Virus record (IMG/VR): IMGVR_UViG_3300021057_000274 | Span: 248,001-312,000 of that record | Length of the DNA stretch: 64,000 nt | Strand: one strand, 5' to 3' | Shown here: positions 62,932-64,000 of the stretch, piece by piece | Layout: every line of letters begins with the position of its first letter | Position numbering within the stretch: the stretch's first letter is position 1 | Notes under the pieces: generated by a model | Database searches by the model: none | Told to the model about the DNA's origin: nothing | The model's input: the letters and a program-made list of their open reading frames with translations, nothing else | Position numbers and translations under genes: made by a program

Positions 62932-63486
62932 GTGAGACAACGAAAATCTCTCGATGAAACTTATCTCAGAATGGCTGAGGAGCTGGCGGACGGTAGAGTC
63001 TACGCCACCCGAGCTCAGGTCGGCGCCCTCCTGGTCAAGAACAAGACCATCATCGCCGAGGGATACAACGGCATGCCCGAGGGGTTTCCGAACGAGGACG
63101 TCGAGTACGTTGACGCGGAGGGGAACCTCCGTACGAGTCCCCTCGTTATTCACGCCGAGGCCAACATCTTCGACAAGCTCTCGAAGAACGGCTCGAACGC
63201 TGGTGCTCGTGACGCTACTCTCTATTGTAGCTTTTCTCCTTGCGTTCCCTGCGCTCTCCGCATCATCAATAACAGGGTCAAGAGGGTCGTCTTTCGAAAC
63301 CTATATCGGGACGTCACTTGCTTCGAGTATCTCAAGAAGGCCAACATCGAGATCGTTCACCTGCCATCCAGGGAGACCGTAGATGTCGAATCAGTGCGCG
63401 CTTCTCCACCCTATTTCTCGCGGAGTTGGAAGTTTCTCGCCGAGATTATCGCTCGTGTCAGTCGTCGTGGATCGCGAGCGTCGTAA
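62932..63486 (+). CDS. dCMP deaminase
   Basis: YLRMA, QVGALLVK, GYNGMP, IHAEANI, SPCVPCA, RVVF...YRD. Confidence 0.93.
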   Translation: MRQRKSLDETYLRMAEELADGRVYATRAQVGALLVKNKTIIAEGYNGMPEGFPNEDVEYVDAEGNLRTSPLVIHAEANIFDKLSKNGSNAGARDATLYCSFSPCVPCALRIINNRVKRVVFRNLYRDVTCFEYLKKANIEIVHLPSRETVDVESVRASPPYFSRSWKFLAEIIARVSRRGSRAS

Positions 63487-63673
63487 CAAGATCTACGCGA
63501 TCATTCGCGAGAGCCGAAAGGTCTTTCCCAAGGCCGAAGAGCAAGCGCGGCGAAAGAAGTGGGTGAGAGCTCGCCTCTTCATGACGTTCAGGGGCATCAA
63601 GGAGGTCAAGGTCCGCATGGACGGCGCGAGGAACGTCACGACCGCGCGCAGCTTGCCAGGGCTTGAGCTCTAA
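63383..63673 (+). CDS. Hypothetical basic protein (start uncertain)
   Basis: ORF overlapping the deaminase tail. Confidence 0.35.
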   Translation: MSNQCALLHPISRGVGSFSPRLSLVSVVVDRERRNKIYAIIRESRKVFPKAEEQARRKKWVRARLFMTFRGIKEVKVRMDGARNVTTARSLPGLEL

Positions 63674-64000
63674 GCCTCTCGACCTCGGAGACCGGCTCCT
63701 CTGGCCTGACGGCGTCAGCACGGTAACGCCAGAGAAGCTTTCCGACTACATCGTCAAGGTCGGAGCTAGTAAGCTGGCGGTGACGGAGCTCACGCCAGAG
63801 ATCGAGCAGTTCAACCAGACCTCCGACGCTCAGATCGGCGTCAAGACCGACGTTGACCCGACTCTCTTTCCTCCAGCATGGACGCTTCCAGAGCGGTATA
63901 AATATCTGGATCTTGAGTCGTACCTTGTCGGGCTAGCTGATAAGATCGAGCGAGACGAGCTCTACGAGAAGCGATTGCAACGCCTCTCGGAGGAGATCGA
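63663..64000 (+). CDS. 5' part of a small DnaE (Pol III alpha)-fragment-like protein, truncated by window end
   Basis: Open frame LSSKPLDLGDRLLWPDG...WTLPERYKYLDLESYL...KRLQRLSEEI resembles the N-terminus of the split DnaE-like gene of jumbo phages. Confidence 0.5.
   Translation, partial: MSSKPLDLGDRLLWPDGVSTVTPEKLSDYIVKVGASKLAVTELTPEIEQFNQTSDAQIGVKTDVDPTLFPPAWTLPERYKYLDLESYLVGLADKIERDELYEKRLQRLSEEI

Noticed and set aside
1-64000. CRISPR array, rRNA or tRNA genes
   Set aside because: No regularly spaced repeats and no cloverleaf with T-loop and acceptor stem were found by eye; a tRNAscan/Aragorn run would confirm
1-64000. Stop-codon reassignment as seen in some jumbo phages
   Set aside because: Core genes are full length and end with TAA, TGA or TAG under the standard code

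Overview
64 kb of a GC-rich, T4-related jumbo myovirus genome (standard genetic code; no tRNA, rRNA or CRISPR array seen). About 1-22.6 kb is a late morphogenesis region: gp13/gp14 neck, gp15, gp19 tail tube, a baseplate tube protein, gp4, and small and large terminase. It is interleaved with genes sharing a T4-internal-protein-like N-terminal leader. About 23-30 kb holds the recombination core (gp32, UvsX, UvsY, UvsW, GroES). About 33-45 kb is a putative DNA-hypermodification island: SGNH protein, inositol-phosphate synthase, 2OG-Fe oxygenase, ATP-grasp, GNAT, aGPT-Pplase-like base transferase, FkbM methyltransferase, GT-B glycosyltransferase, HAD phosphatase and C5 cytosine methyltransferase. 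After that come class Ia RNR, more leader-bearing enzymes, MoxR/VWA, Thg1, dCMP deaminase and a DnaE-like fragment; anti-defence candidates are Acb1 (32.2 kb) and a Tad1-like gene (56.9 kb). Most notable: (1) a possible inositol-based base-modification pathway in which four enzymes share a C-terminal LL(E/S)(F/M) motif resembling a sliding-clamp tether; (2) about 21 diverse enzymes carrying a capsid-targeting-like leader; (3) widespread leaderless genes, a repeated TAAAT-N20-GTTAGAAT promoter, and structured leaders before nrdA and ino1. All family assignments come from motifs recognised by eye; no database searches were run.
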